Source: Octopus sinensis | Lineage: Eukaryota | Assembly: GCF_006345805.1 (NCBI RefSeq) | Contig: NW_021823743.1 | Span: 1 to 21,192 of the forward strand | Length of the DNA: 21,192 nt | Reading direction: 5' to 3' | Shown: piece after piece, positions 1 to 10,089 of the stretch | Layout: every line of letters starts with the position of its first letter | Position numbering within the stretch: position 1 is the stretch's first letter | Notes under the pieces: model-generated | Seen by the model: the letters and a program-made list of their open reading frames with translations, nothing else | The model's database searches: none | What the model was told of the DNA's origin: nothing | Made by a program: the position numbers and the translations under genes

Positions 1-160
1 ATACATACATACATACATACATACATGTACATACATACACACATACATACATACACACACACACACATACATACATACATACATACATACATACATGCAC
101 ACATACATACATACATACATACATACATACATACATACATACATACATACATACATACAA
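1..160. repeat. (TACA)n microsatellite
   Basis: Direct reading: atac/acat tetranucleotide array with short (CA)n inserts. Confidence 0.97.
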
Positions 161-164
161 ATAC

Positions 165-364
165 ACAAGCTCGTACAATATCTTTATCATAAACGCCTGG
201 TCAAGTGGCCAAGCTCCAGGGTCTCGACAGTTACAACCAGGGTGATCTTTTTGTGATGTTCATGGGTGATGGTGTTCTACATATTAGGGCACCAGCTGTA
301 TGATAATTTACTTGGCCGTCTGTTAATGGTCTTCCTGTATTTGTGATTTTTCTGAGAAATGCTT
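165..364 (-). mobile_element. Penelope-like element (PLE) fossil, linker and start of GIY-YIG region
   Basis: Manual minus-strand translation with frameshifts/stop: KHF..NHKYRKTINRRPSKLSYSWCPNM*NTI...GCNCRDPGAWPLD. This matches the PLE pattern KHF...YRKIFN...K.SYSC.PNM followed by CNCR...CPL. Confidence 0.75.
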
Positions 365-380
365 ATCCAAAAGAGAAAGA

Positions 381-500
381 AAGCATTTCCCAGAACATCA
401 CAAATACAGGAAGATCTTTAACGGATGTTCAATTAAATTGATACACAGCTGCTTCCCCAATATGAAGAACAACACCACGCGTAAACATCACCAAGAGTTC
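381..500 (+). mobile_element. PLE fossil (second, inverted copy)
   Basis: Translates KHFPEHHKYRKIFNGCSIKLIHSCFPNMKNNTTRKHHQEF, the same PLE linker motif. It is an inverted homolog of 243-364. Confidence 0.78.
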
Positions 501-558
<58 letters not shown>

Positions 559-582
559 GTATGTATTATGTATGTATGTATG

Positions 583-613
<31 letters not shown>

Positions 614-721
614 TATGTATGTATGTATATATGTATGTATGTATACGGAATAGAAGCGCTATTTCTCTTGGACAAATACAATGAATGGCTTCCTTACGGG
701 TTCAATATAAACTGGTAACAA

Positions 722-773
<52 letters not shown>

Positions 774-778
774 ATATA
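501..778. repeat. (AT)n / (ATGT)n microsatellites with a short unique insert (646-725)
   Basis: Direct reading. Confidence 0.9.
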
Positions 779-1170
779 GGCGCAGGAGTGGCTGTGTGGT
801 AAGTAGCTTGCTAACCAACCACATGTTCCGGTTCAGTCCCACTGCGTGGCATCTTGAGCAAGTGTCTTCTGCTCCGGGCCGACCAATGCCTTGTGAGTGG
901 ATTTGGTAGACGGAAACTGTCGTATATATGTATATATATATATATATATATGTGGTGTGTGTGTGTGTGTGTGTGTTTGTCCCCCTAGCATTGCTTGACA
1001 ACCGATGCTGGTGTATTTACGTCCCCGTCACTTAGCGGTTCGGCAAAAGAGACCGATAGAATTAAATACTGGGCTTACAAAGAATAAGTCCTGGGGTCGA
1101 TTTGCTCGACTAAAGACGGTACTCCAGCATGGCCGCAGTCAAATGACTGAAACAAGTAAAAGAGTAAAAA
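779..1170 (+). mobile_element. tRNA-derived SINE, family A (octopus-type), near full length
   Basis: Head with A-box-like tggctgtgtgg and B-box-like ggttcagtccc. Core ggatttggtagacggaaactg, internal (AT)/(GT) tract, tail gcatggccgcagtcaaatgactgaaac. The same blocks recur at 8134, 8871, 9125, 11530, 13603 and 15784. Confidence 0.9.
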
Positions 1171-1246
1171 GAGAGATATATATATCACTCAAAGAAACTC
1201 CAACTTCGTCTGATTTCCACGTTTTATTTACAATCTTATAATAATA

Positions 1247-1985
1247 CTAGCAAACGCCACCGTCCTTTGGACGATTTAAATTGCTTTGGTGGTATTTTTT
1301 TCATTAAATAATTGAACTACCGAGTAGGTTTATGAGTAGCACGGCAGTCTACGACTAACCTTAGAACGGAAATCAATTGAAGGCTTGTTATTCTGTACGT
1401 TGTTGCACTTTAATGGGACATAAGTAATGTGTGCGTAAAGTTTGGTGAAAATCGGTCGAGAATTGTGGAAATGAATGCGTTCAGTGTTCCTAGTCAATCT
1501 GATTATATGTTTGGCTCTGCATTTTGAACGTTGGCATATAGGAGTCTGCACGAATGGGTTTGTGACTAAGACTTGTCATCTGGAAGGCAGAGTTAGAAGC
1601 GCGAATTTTCTGTATAAATTGCTGCGACCAAGAACTAAAGAGAGGAATGGCTGAGGAGAGCTTTGCAGGTCAGGCAAGCGAAACTTTCTGTTTGAGCAAC
1701 ATAGAATTCTCCAACCCACTTGAGGACATATTACAGACATATCCCCGCGACAGTTTCTCGATGAATGGCATAATCCACTGCAGGATCATAGTTGAGCGCC
1801 TTTGATGCCCATCGACCACTCAATGGCTTCCAATAGCCAAGGGCAAGTGCTTTCTGGTGAACATTAGACTGATGTCTCATCATCCGATGATTATCGTCAT
1901 CTGCCAACCTCCCGACAGAAGTGGATGCAGCGTTGCGTGCCCGACGGATAGCATTCTCTTCTGGGGCATCTCCGGCCCACGTGGC
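1247..1985 (-). mobile_element. Helitron fossil: RepHel N-terminal fragment joined to the 3' terminus
   Basis: Minus-strand translation with frameshifts: ALNYDPAVDY (1770-1793 = NYDPAVDY), LKWVGE, CCSNRKFRLPDL, QFIQKIRASNSAFQMTS (NSAFQMTS 1571-1594), YMPTFKMQSQTY (MPTFK 1523-1537). These are typical Helitron motifs. The terminus is hairpin cgtcc-aaa-ggacg (1261-1273), 10 nt, then CTAG (1247-1250) followed by T. Confidence 0.85.
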
Positions 1986-2129
1986 AGAGGTGGTGGGGGA
2001 AGATGGTGGTGGGGTGGTGGTGGTGATGGTATGTGTAGCTATAATAAAACAACTTTAACCCTAAATAAGATTATTTTAACTGAATTCTCTCTTGACTTAG
2101 CTAGTATTTTCCTGCTATCGTCATCATTA

Positions 2130-2202
2130 GAACCTTTAGTATTATTGTTGTTGTTGCTGTTGTTGTTAGTGGTAGTAGTCGTAGCAGTGGAAATAGTACC
2201 TC

Positions 2203-2258
<56 letters not shown>

Positions 2259-2268
2259 GTTGTTGTTT
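2130..2268. repeat. (TTG)/(GTA)/(ATT)n trinucleotide tract
   Basis: Direct reading. Confidence 0.9.
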
Positions 2269-2662
2269 ATTTAGCTTGGGTTGGAATTTATAAATAAAGT
2301 TCATTTCTCTGATTTTTCTCTCGGTTTCACTTGGACTGTGTAGTTTGTGGAATGGAAATATAAATATTTGCAAACTTAACATTTTGGAGCCTATACAAAT
2401 GTATTTAAGGCATACATTTTAGCCATCTCACAACAGTTGTAAATTCTAAAACATAACTGTCACCACTACTATATGAACATAAAGATTGCATTGTTTAATG
2501 CATGAAAGTACAAGTTTAATCAGAATGGGCATTTAATATACTATCATTTTATTATATTATATTATATTATATTATATTATATCATATTATATTATATTAT
2601 AGTATTATAAGATTGTAAATAAGAAGTGAAAATCAAAGTTGAGATTTGAATGTATGTATATG

Positions 2663-2698
<36 letters not shown>

Positions 2699-2951
2699 TG
2701 TATGTATGTATGTATGTATGGATGTATGTATGTATGTATGTATGTATGTATGTCATTATTCAGTTTTAGTTCAAGATTTCTTGCCAATGGAGAGAAAGAG
2801 CCAGTTTCTAACCTAGATCCAAAACTCCTTCATGGAATTTCAACAACATCAACAGGGTATTTTTGTATGTATGTATACGTGCAGATTCGTATGTTTTGTT
2901 TTATGTATGTATTCTCATGCATAGAGTTGCATATGTATGTATGTATGTATG

Positions 2952-2985
<34 letters not shown>

Positions 2986-3594
2986 TGTATGTATGTATGT
3001 ATGTATGTATGTATGTATGTTTATACGGATGTTTTCTATAGCAGAAATGTTATATATATTTGCCTTAGAGCAGTCTCTTCTGCAGATGGTATTGTATATT
3101 GTTTTAGCAATAACATCATGTCACTGTAGGAGGTAATGTTTTGATGACATTTTTTTGGTAGCTACGGTTTATATGTATTATGTCCTTCGCAGAAGGGTGA
3201 CATAATTGACATTTGTGGTTGTATTTTAAAGGTTTAAGAGCTTCACTTTCCTGTTTGTTCATTAGATACTTTGAAGCTATCTTCTGCTCTTAGATTGCGA
3301 ATGCGTAGCCTTCTAGATGTGACGTGATGTAACGGTCCCGGATCCAATAGAGGCTGCACTTCAGCTTTCTATTGTTGTCCTTTTCAAGTTTACAGGAAAC
3401 ACACCATTTCATCACCTATTTATGAAATGCAGTCGACTGAGATATGATAATCTTCTATTTTTGAGGTCATCAGAGAGTGACTGTTTCCTGAGGAGTTCGC
3501 TACTGACCCGCAGGAGGTCATGAACTTCTATGTGCTCTTAGCTGATGCATTTATTTTTGCTACCACTGCTACAGCTACTGTCTGAGCAATATTG

Positions 3595-3932
3595 TTTGCA
3601 AATTTCGGCACAAGGCCAGCAATTTTGGGGGGAAGGGCTAAGATGATTACATCGAACTCAGTATTCAACTGGTACTTATTTTATTAAAAGATGAAAGACA
3701 AAGTCCTTTCAACTCTAGGCACAAGGCCTCAGACTTGGGGAAGGGGTATAGTCGATTATATCGACCCTAGTATAAGGACTATTATTATACTAGGGTCGAT
3801 GTAATCGACTATATCCCTTCCCCAAATTTGAGGCCTTGTGCCTAGAGTAGAAAGGAAGATGAAAGACAAAGTCGACCTCTACGGAAGTAAGCATTTTGCC
3901 TGGCGTGCTAACGATTCTGCCAGCTTGCTACC
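3595..3932 (-). mobile_element. tRNA-derived SINE, family B, with 20-bp TSD
   Basis: Minus-strand head gcaagctggcagaatcgttagcacgccaggcaaaatgctta, core gaggtcgactttgtctttcatc, tail ...ggccttgtgccgaaatt. Flanked by ctactgtctgag(c/t)aatattg at 3575-3594 and 3933-3952. Confidence 0.85.
3705..3855. repeat. 151-bp palindrome (71-bp arms, 9-nt loop) made of two SINE-tail copies
   Basis: 3705-3775 versus the reverse complement of 3785-3855: 5 mismatches by manual alignment. The direct repeat aagatgaaagacaaagtc lies at 3688-3705 and 3856-3873. Confidence 0.95.
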
Positions 3933-4329
3933 CTACTGTCTGAGTAATATTGATACTCCCTGATACTTGAAAACTCATTTCAAGCGCGATCGTCCTTCTG
4001 TTGTTTTTCTCAGATACGGTCTGTCACTATCATTTTCTGTGGAAATTTGCAGTTGATATCAGAATATTGCAAATTTTAAAGTCAACAGAGCGGCTTTCCT
4101 CTATATAGACACGTTGAGTATCCCCAATGGATACTATAAATGAATTCATATCAACGGATACCATCTTTGTCTGCAGTACGTTTGTATGATATAGTTTCAT
4201 CAGTGCCTAAGTATTTGTAGCACTTGGTTTTGAGGAGCAGGGGGCCATTATATCAACAGTTATGTAGAGGAATCAAGACAGCATACAAGAAACAAGGCAG
4301 TACAAATTTTGAAATTCTTCTGAGTGATA

Positions 4330-4395
4330 TACACATGCATACATGCATACAAACATACATACATACATACATACATACATACATACATACATACA

Positions 4396-4426
<31 letters not shown>

Positions 4427-4678
4427 TCTGTTCTTGTTGGAATTCCAATGAAGGAGCCTTGGATCTTGGTTAGAAACCGGTTCTTTCTCTATTGGCGAGA
4501 AATCTTGAAATAAACTGAATAATGACATCTATCTATCTATCTATCTATCTATCTCTATACACACACACAGACATACATATATATACATAATGACATACAT
4601 ACATACATACATACATACATACATACAAACATACATATATACATACATGCGTACATACATACATACATACGTACATAC

Positions 4679-4709
<31 letters not shown>

Positions 4710-4730
4710 CATACACATAGACATCATCTC
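4330..4730. repeat. (CATA)n / (TATC)n arrays
   Basis: Direct reading. Confidence 0.93.
4425..4528 (+). mobile_element. 3' end of a second R4-like LINE copy
   Basis: Reverse complement aligns to 2751-2850 (tcattattcagttt..ttcaagatttct.gccaat..agagaaaga.cc.gtttctaacc.agatccaa..ctccttca). It ends in aataatgacat, followed by tetranucleotide repeats. Confidence 0.8.
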
Positions 4731-5169
4731 TTATTTTATAAATGTTTATATATGTATGTGCGTGTATGTGTGTGTGTGTGTGTGTATGCATGTATGTGTT
4801 GCCTGTATGTGTTTGTGTATATATCTGCATGTGATTGTGTATGTGCGTGTGTGTTATAGATAAGTATATATGTACATGCAAGGAGGGTACATACATGTAT
4901 AACTGACGGGAAACGCAAGGTTAGACTGAAAAGTACATTGATCACGACACATGAGGATTATTTTGTGATAGGCCGGCTGGCCATTTGGGAGGTTGGCAGG
5001 TTGGCAGGTTGGCAGGCATTCAGGGAGACAGTGAGACAGGGTGACAGGGTGACAGTGAGACAAAAGAGTCAGGTTGGGAGAGGGAACTGGCAAAAAAGAA
5101 AACCGATTGAGATTAAAAATGGAAAATATGTGTAGGCTGACAGACATGCACGGAGACAGGGACAAAAAA

Positions 5170-5322
5170 ACCGACTGTTTAGGTACGTTGGTGGTTTACA
5201 CGGAAACAGTGGTCGTGTGTGTGTGTGTGTGCATGTGTGTGTGTGTGTGCGCGCGTGTGAGTGTGTGTGCGTCTATGTATATGCGTGTGTATGTGTGTGA
5301 GAGAGAGAGAGACGGAAGATGA

Positions 5323-5353
<31 letters not shown>

Positions 5354-5790
5354 CATGAGTGTGTGTGAGAGAGAGAGACAGAGGTATCGTGCATGTGTGT
5401 GTGCGTGTGTATGTGTGTATGTGTATGCGCGCGCGTGTGTGCGTATGTCTGTGAGAGAGAGAGAGAGAGAGACTGAAAATGCATGTGTGTGAAAAAGAGT
5501 AAGGCATAAAGAGAGAGAGAGAAAGAAAGGGAGAGAGAAAGAAAGAGAGAGAAAAAGAGAGAAAGATTTTGTGTGTGTGTGTGTGTTATTGAGATAAAGA
5601 AAATGTTTGAGAGATTTCGTTTGAGTGAAGGAGAGAATATGTATCTACATGAGAGAGGATGCGTGTGTTGAGAGAGAGAGGGGTGGTAGAAAGAGGGAGA
5701 GAGCAAGAAAATGTTTCAGATAGAAAGAGAATGTGTATGACTGTAAGAAGAAGAGAGAGAATATGTGTATATGAGAGAGAGAGAGGGAGG
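5170..5790. repeat. (GT)/(GA) low-complexity tract
   Basis: Direct reading. Confidence 0.85.
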
Positions 5791-5814
5791 TATGCAGATT
5801 GACTGAGAAAACAA

Positions 5815-5960
5815 GGAGCCCTTTATGTGGTTGTTTGGCTACTAGATATCGTAGCAAACTCAGCCTTCTGAAACACACTAAAGTCATAGATACAGAATGC
5901 CTACCGATGAATAGAGCGCCTTTGGTCAGGGCTGACTTGTGGCTGGATCAGAGCTGACTT
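5815..5960 (+). mobile_element. Degenerate SINE-tail-like fragment
   Basis: ccctttatgtggttgtttggc...cctttggtcagggctgacttg resembles octopus SINE tails from recollection; there is no second copy in the window. Confidence 0.3.
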
Positions 5961-6702
5961 ACAATAACATCAAGAACAAGAATCATAATAAACAAATAGA
6001 GGAAGCGAGAGTAGGGAACGAGAGACCGGCAGACAAACAGAAAGAAGAGGAGGACTGTTAGACATATTTGCCAGAAAGATATACGAAGAGGCAGAGACAG
6101 GGAAACAGAGTGAAGGAGGTTGGCAGTTAATGACAGTGAGAAAGAGACACAGAGAGAGAAACAGTGAAAAAGATAGACTGTTAAACATGGAGGCAAACAG
6201 ACAGACATGGGTGGAAGATGGGAAACAAAAAGAAGTGAAAGATACAAAATGAGTGACAGACAGACGATGACACGTGAGGGAGAGAAGGAAACAAAGACAA
6301 AGACAGTGGCAGTGATTGAGAAGGAAAGGGAGTTTATCAAGAGAGAGAGAGGAAGAGCGAGTGAGATGAAGAAAGAGGAGAGTAATACAAAGGAGAAAGG
6401 ATGAGCTATAAAAGAAGAGTGACTACGAGAAAAAAGAAATAAGGTTTCCGTGAGACAGCGACAGAGGCCAATGGAAGGATATAAAGCTGGCGGTTAGAGA
6501 CGAATATAGAGACGCACGAAGTCGATGACTTTGCCGGTCCGCTTGGCGAAATGTCACTGAGAGGCTATTGCTATATATAAGGAATGACCACTAAGTGGAC
6601 ATCCCTTCTTATACGCATGTAATACAATTATATGCTAGGCCACTGGCTTTTTTAATTTGATGTTAATTAATTAATATTCAATTTATCACCCTCTTTATTT
6701 AA

Positions 6703-6704
<2 letters not shown>

Positions 6705-6754
<50 letters not shown>

Positions 6755-6805
6755 AATATTTATATATCATGTATATATATCTAAGTATATATATTATATA
6801 TATAT

Positions 6806-6895
<90 letters not shown>

Positions 6896-7085
6896 GTGTG
6901 AGCATATATATATGTAATATATATATGTAAATATATTTTGTGTATATATATATATATATATATACATATATACGTATATACTTATACACATACACACACA
7001 GGCATGCACACACATATATGTTTCCCTCCTCTTCTCTTTATATATTTAATATATATATTATATATATATATATTATATATACACA
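6705..7085. repeat. (AT)n microsatellite
   Basis: Direct reading. Confidence 0.95.
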
Positions 7086-7139
7086 CACAGAAAGATATAA
7101 CGGAAAACCAGATGGATAGAAAGATGATAAACAGAGACT

Positions 7140-7542
<403 letters not shown>

Positions 7543-7738
7543 AGAAAACGAAAGTGAAAGTTAGCGTGCTTGAAAGCGGAATTATATGAATAACTAAAAT
7601 AAAGGTGAAAGAGAAAGTAGGAACGACACGAAAGAGAAAGAAAGGTACGAGTTAGCGAGAAGTGATATTGATACTTTTATTTTTTTTAATATCAAATGAT
7701 CGTGTAGAACAATAAAGTGCAGGGTGTTTATCAGTAGA

Positions 7739-7804
<66 letters not shown>

Positions 7805-8133
7805 TAGACGGGAGAAACGTTAATATTTTTAACAATAACAAACTTTAACGAGGCTGATAGTGGGGCGGGGGATAAACAAAGCACACACATGTACACAGAA
7901 AAAAATACATGTAAAATGGCTGATGGATTATGGGCAAATATTGAAAGGTTCAGAGAATAAGGGATGGTTGTGCAGGAAGGGCTGAACTTGAATGGTAAGT
8001 AGACATGCATTTGATCTCATTAACGGTCGATCCCGTTTCCTTTGTGAGACTAGTGAAAGCTATAATGAGACATCCACATTAGAAATGGGTTTTGATTTAG
8101 TGCCTGAGGCGAATGTCAAGTTATATATATATG

Positions 8134-8326
8134 TACTCTTTTACTTGTTTCAGTCATCTGATTGCGGCCATGCTGGAGCACCACCTGAAAGAGTTTTAGT
8201 CGAAGAAATCGACCCCCAGGACTTATTCTATGTAAGCTTAGTCCCCGTAACTAAACGGTTCTTCTGCCGAACCGTTTAGCTACGGTGACGTAAAAGTACC
8301 AACATCGGTTGTCAAGCGATGGTGGA
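8134..8326 (-). mobile_element. SINE family A, 3' half
   Basis: tacttgtttcagtcatctgattgcggccatgctggagcacc...atcggttgtcaagcga is the reverse complement of the 990-1165 blocks. Confidence 0.85.
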
Positions 8327-8383
8327 TACACACACGCACACACACACACACACACACGCACGCACACATACGCAAAAACGTTA

Positions 8384-8853
8384 GTTTTAAAATCTCTCTG
8401 GGATGATCGCAGTAGTTGTACTAACAAGTAATGTTTGTATCTACTTTACACGGCTGTTTCGTTCGAACGGACTTTATTGCAATTTTTTAACCCCAAGAAG
8501 ACATCTCCTCTAGCTGGTTAACGATGCATACCTGCATTCGATATATTACGAGCAGGGAAGCGATGGGACCAGCATACCAATCTAGTTTCGGGCTATTTCT
8601 GCCCCTCTTCAGTACGGGACACTTCATCTGCTAGAGATTGCAGTAGTTCGCTTCAGCTCGCAATATATATATATATAAATTCAAGCAACAAACAGTCGCT
8701 GATTTTGCAACAAGTAAAAAAGCTAATTTTAAAATCTCTCTGAGAGATGAACGCAGTAGTTGTACAAGCAAGTATTGTTCGTAGCGACTTCAACATGGCT
8801 GTTCCATGATTTTTTAACCCCAAGAGGACACCTCCTCTAGCTGATTAACGATG
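8384..8853 (-). mobile_element. Partial tandem duplication flanking a hammerhead-like motif; probable PLE pseudo-LTR
   Basis: 8384-8527 and 8726-8853 are diverged direct repeats. A minus-strand CTGAAGA-G-GGGC-agaaata-GCCC-GAAAC motif lies at about 8585-8612 between them. Confidence 0.45.
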
Positions 8854-8870
8854 CTTCTTTCATTTACCGT

Positions 8871-9096
8871 CTACAATAGCCTCGAGCCGACCAAAGCCTT
8901 GTAAGTGGATTTGGCAGACAGAAACTGAAAGAAGTCCGTCGTGTGTGTGTTTGTACCCCCACCATCACTTGACAACCGATTATGGTGTGTTCACGTCCCC
9001 GTAACTTAGCGGTTCGACAAAAGAGAACAATACAATAAGTACTAGGCTTATAAAGAATAGGTCATGAGCCGCAGTCAAATGACTGAAAAAATAAAG
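8871..9096 (+). mobile_element. SINE family A, 5'-truncated
   Basis: atagcctcgagccgaccaaagccttgtaagtggatttggcagacagaaactg...gccgcagtcaaatgactgaaa. Confidence 0.85.
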
Positions 9097-9124
9097 GAAT
9101 CAAACAATATATATATACATATAT

Positions 9125-9245
9125 GGGCTTCTTTTAGTTTCCGTCTACCATATCCACTCACAAGGCTTTGCTCGGCTCGTGGCTATAATAGAAGATACTT
9201 GCCCAAGGTACCACGCAGTTGGATTGGATCCGAAACCATGTCATT
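9125..9245 (-). mobile_element. SINE family A core, inverted (a more decayed piece follows at about 9398-9490)
   Basis: gggcttcttttagtttccgtctaccatatccactcacaaggcttt...gaagatacttgcccaaggtaccacgcag is the reverse complement of the SINE core. Confidence 0.8.
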
Positions 9246-9622
9246 GGTTTGTTGTGACGAACTGCTAAAGCAAACATACCAATTCCGTTCCTTAAGTAGC
9301 ATAGGGAGAAATCCACACTCACAGACACGCTCGCGCATAAGCTCGCGCATTTGTGTGTGTATATATGAATACGTATTGTGTATATGTACACGTATATAGG
9401 CTTCTACACAATTTCCATCAAAGAAATTCATTCACAAGGCATTGGTCAGTCCGGAGTGTATAGTTGAAGAGACTTGCTCTAGTGGTGTGCTGAGAAAAAT
9501 AACGAATCTTTAATTTTACTAATTCATAGGCATCAAGATATAATCATAACGTTTACAAGGCAATAGCAATTCAGTTTTAATGTTTTAAATAGCAGAACAC
9601 AAATGATGCTGTAGACTATAAT

Positions 9623-9963
9623 CTTCTTGTCTTGACTTGAGACAGCATTCATCCGGGGTGGGTTAAGCTGGCTTCATTCATCCTCGGTGCTGCATCTCTC
9701 ACAAACGCCGACCAGACCTGGCGATTTGAGGCTAACAACCGCGTGATCTCCAGCCACTCCTTATTCCAGCGGCGAACGCCGTAGATATGGGGGCCTAGGT
9801 TGGGTTCCAGATCAGCCTTGACTGTCATCAGCCAGGTTTTTCGTTGTCCACCACATCGCTTTCGCCAACCCTAAAGGGAAGCTGGGGCAATTGCTTCGTA
9901 GACGAATTCTCCTGGTTGACGACGGAGGGCATGACCCAGCCAACGCAGACGTCTCGTTAGGAT
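9623..9963 (-). mobile_element. 5'-truncated RTE-clade LINE with 9-bp TSD
   Basis: Single frame RRLRWLGHALRR...L*GWRKRCGGQRKTWLMTVKADLE...LASNRQVWSAFVRDA...HPG* (stop 9649-9651). Short caagt-like tail; gactataat at 9614-9622 and 9964-9972. Confidence 0.88.
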
Positions 9964-10089
9964 GACTATAATGGTTGGGAATTATACCCAACCCTCCGTA
10001 AAATTTAAAAGTTTTTGTAAAGCTGGAAGTTTCTGGGTAAAGGTGAAAATGTTACGATATTTTCGTTCAATTATGTATGTTATGTTGGT

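Larger units (their letters stand above)
2753..4250 (-). mobile_element. RLE-type non-LTR retrotransposon (R4/Dong-like), internally deleted, interrupted by (ATGT)n and by a SINE
   Basis: Minus-strand motifs in the expected order: YKYLG (4205-4219); ANFHR..DRPYLRK..EGR.RLK (about 3975-4050); KLEKDNN..SLYWIRDRYITSHLEGYAFAI*EQ (TSHLEGYAFAI 3293-3325); CQLCH..DIIHI zinc knuckle (3197-3211); HDVIAKTIYN. The 3' UTR (2753-2930) ends in (CATA)n. Confidence 0.8.

Noticed and set aside
779-860. tRNA gene
   Set aside because: A/B boxes are present but there is no cloverleaf, and the sequence continues into SINE body found many times in the window.
3270-3360. Ig-like RLRIRNLRAEDS on the minus strand
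   Set aside because: It lacks the DxGxYxC motif, and another frame of the same bases gives the LINE motif TSHLEGYAFAI.
9800-9833. Minus-strand CTGATGA...GAAC hammerhead-like string
   Set aside because: It lies inside the RTE coding frame (WLMTVKADLE), has no GAAA and has a poor stem II.
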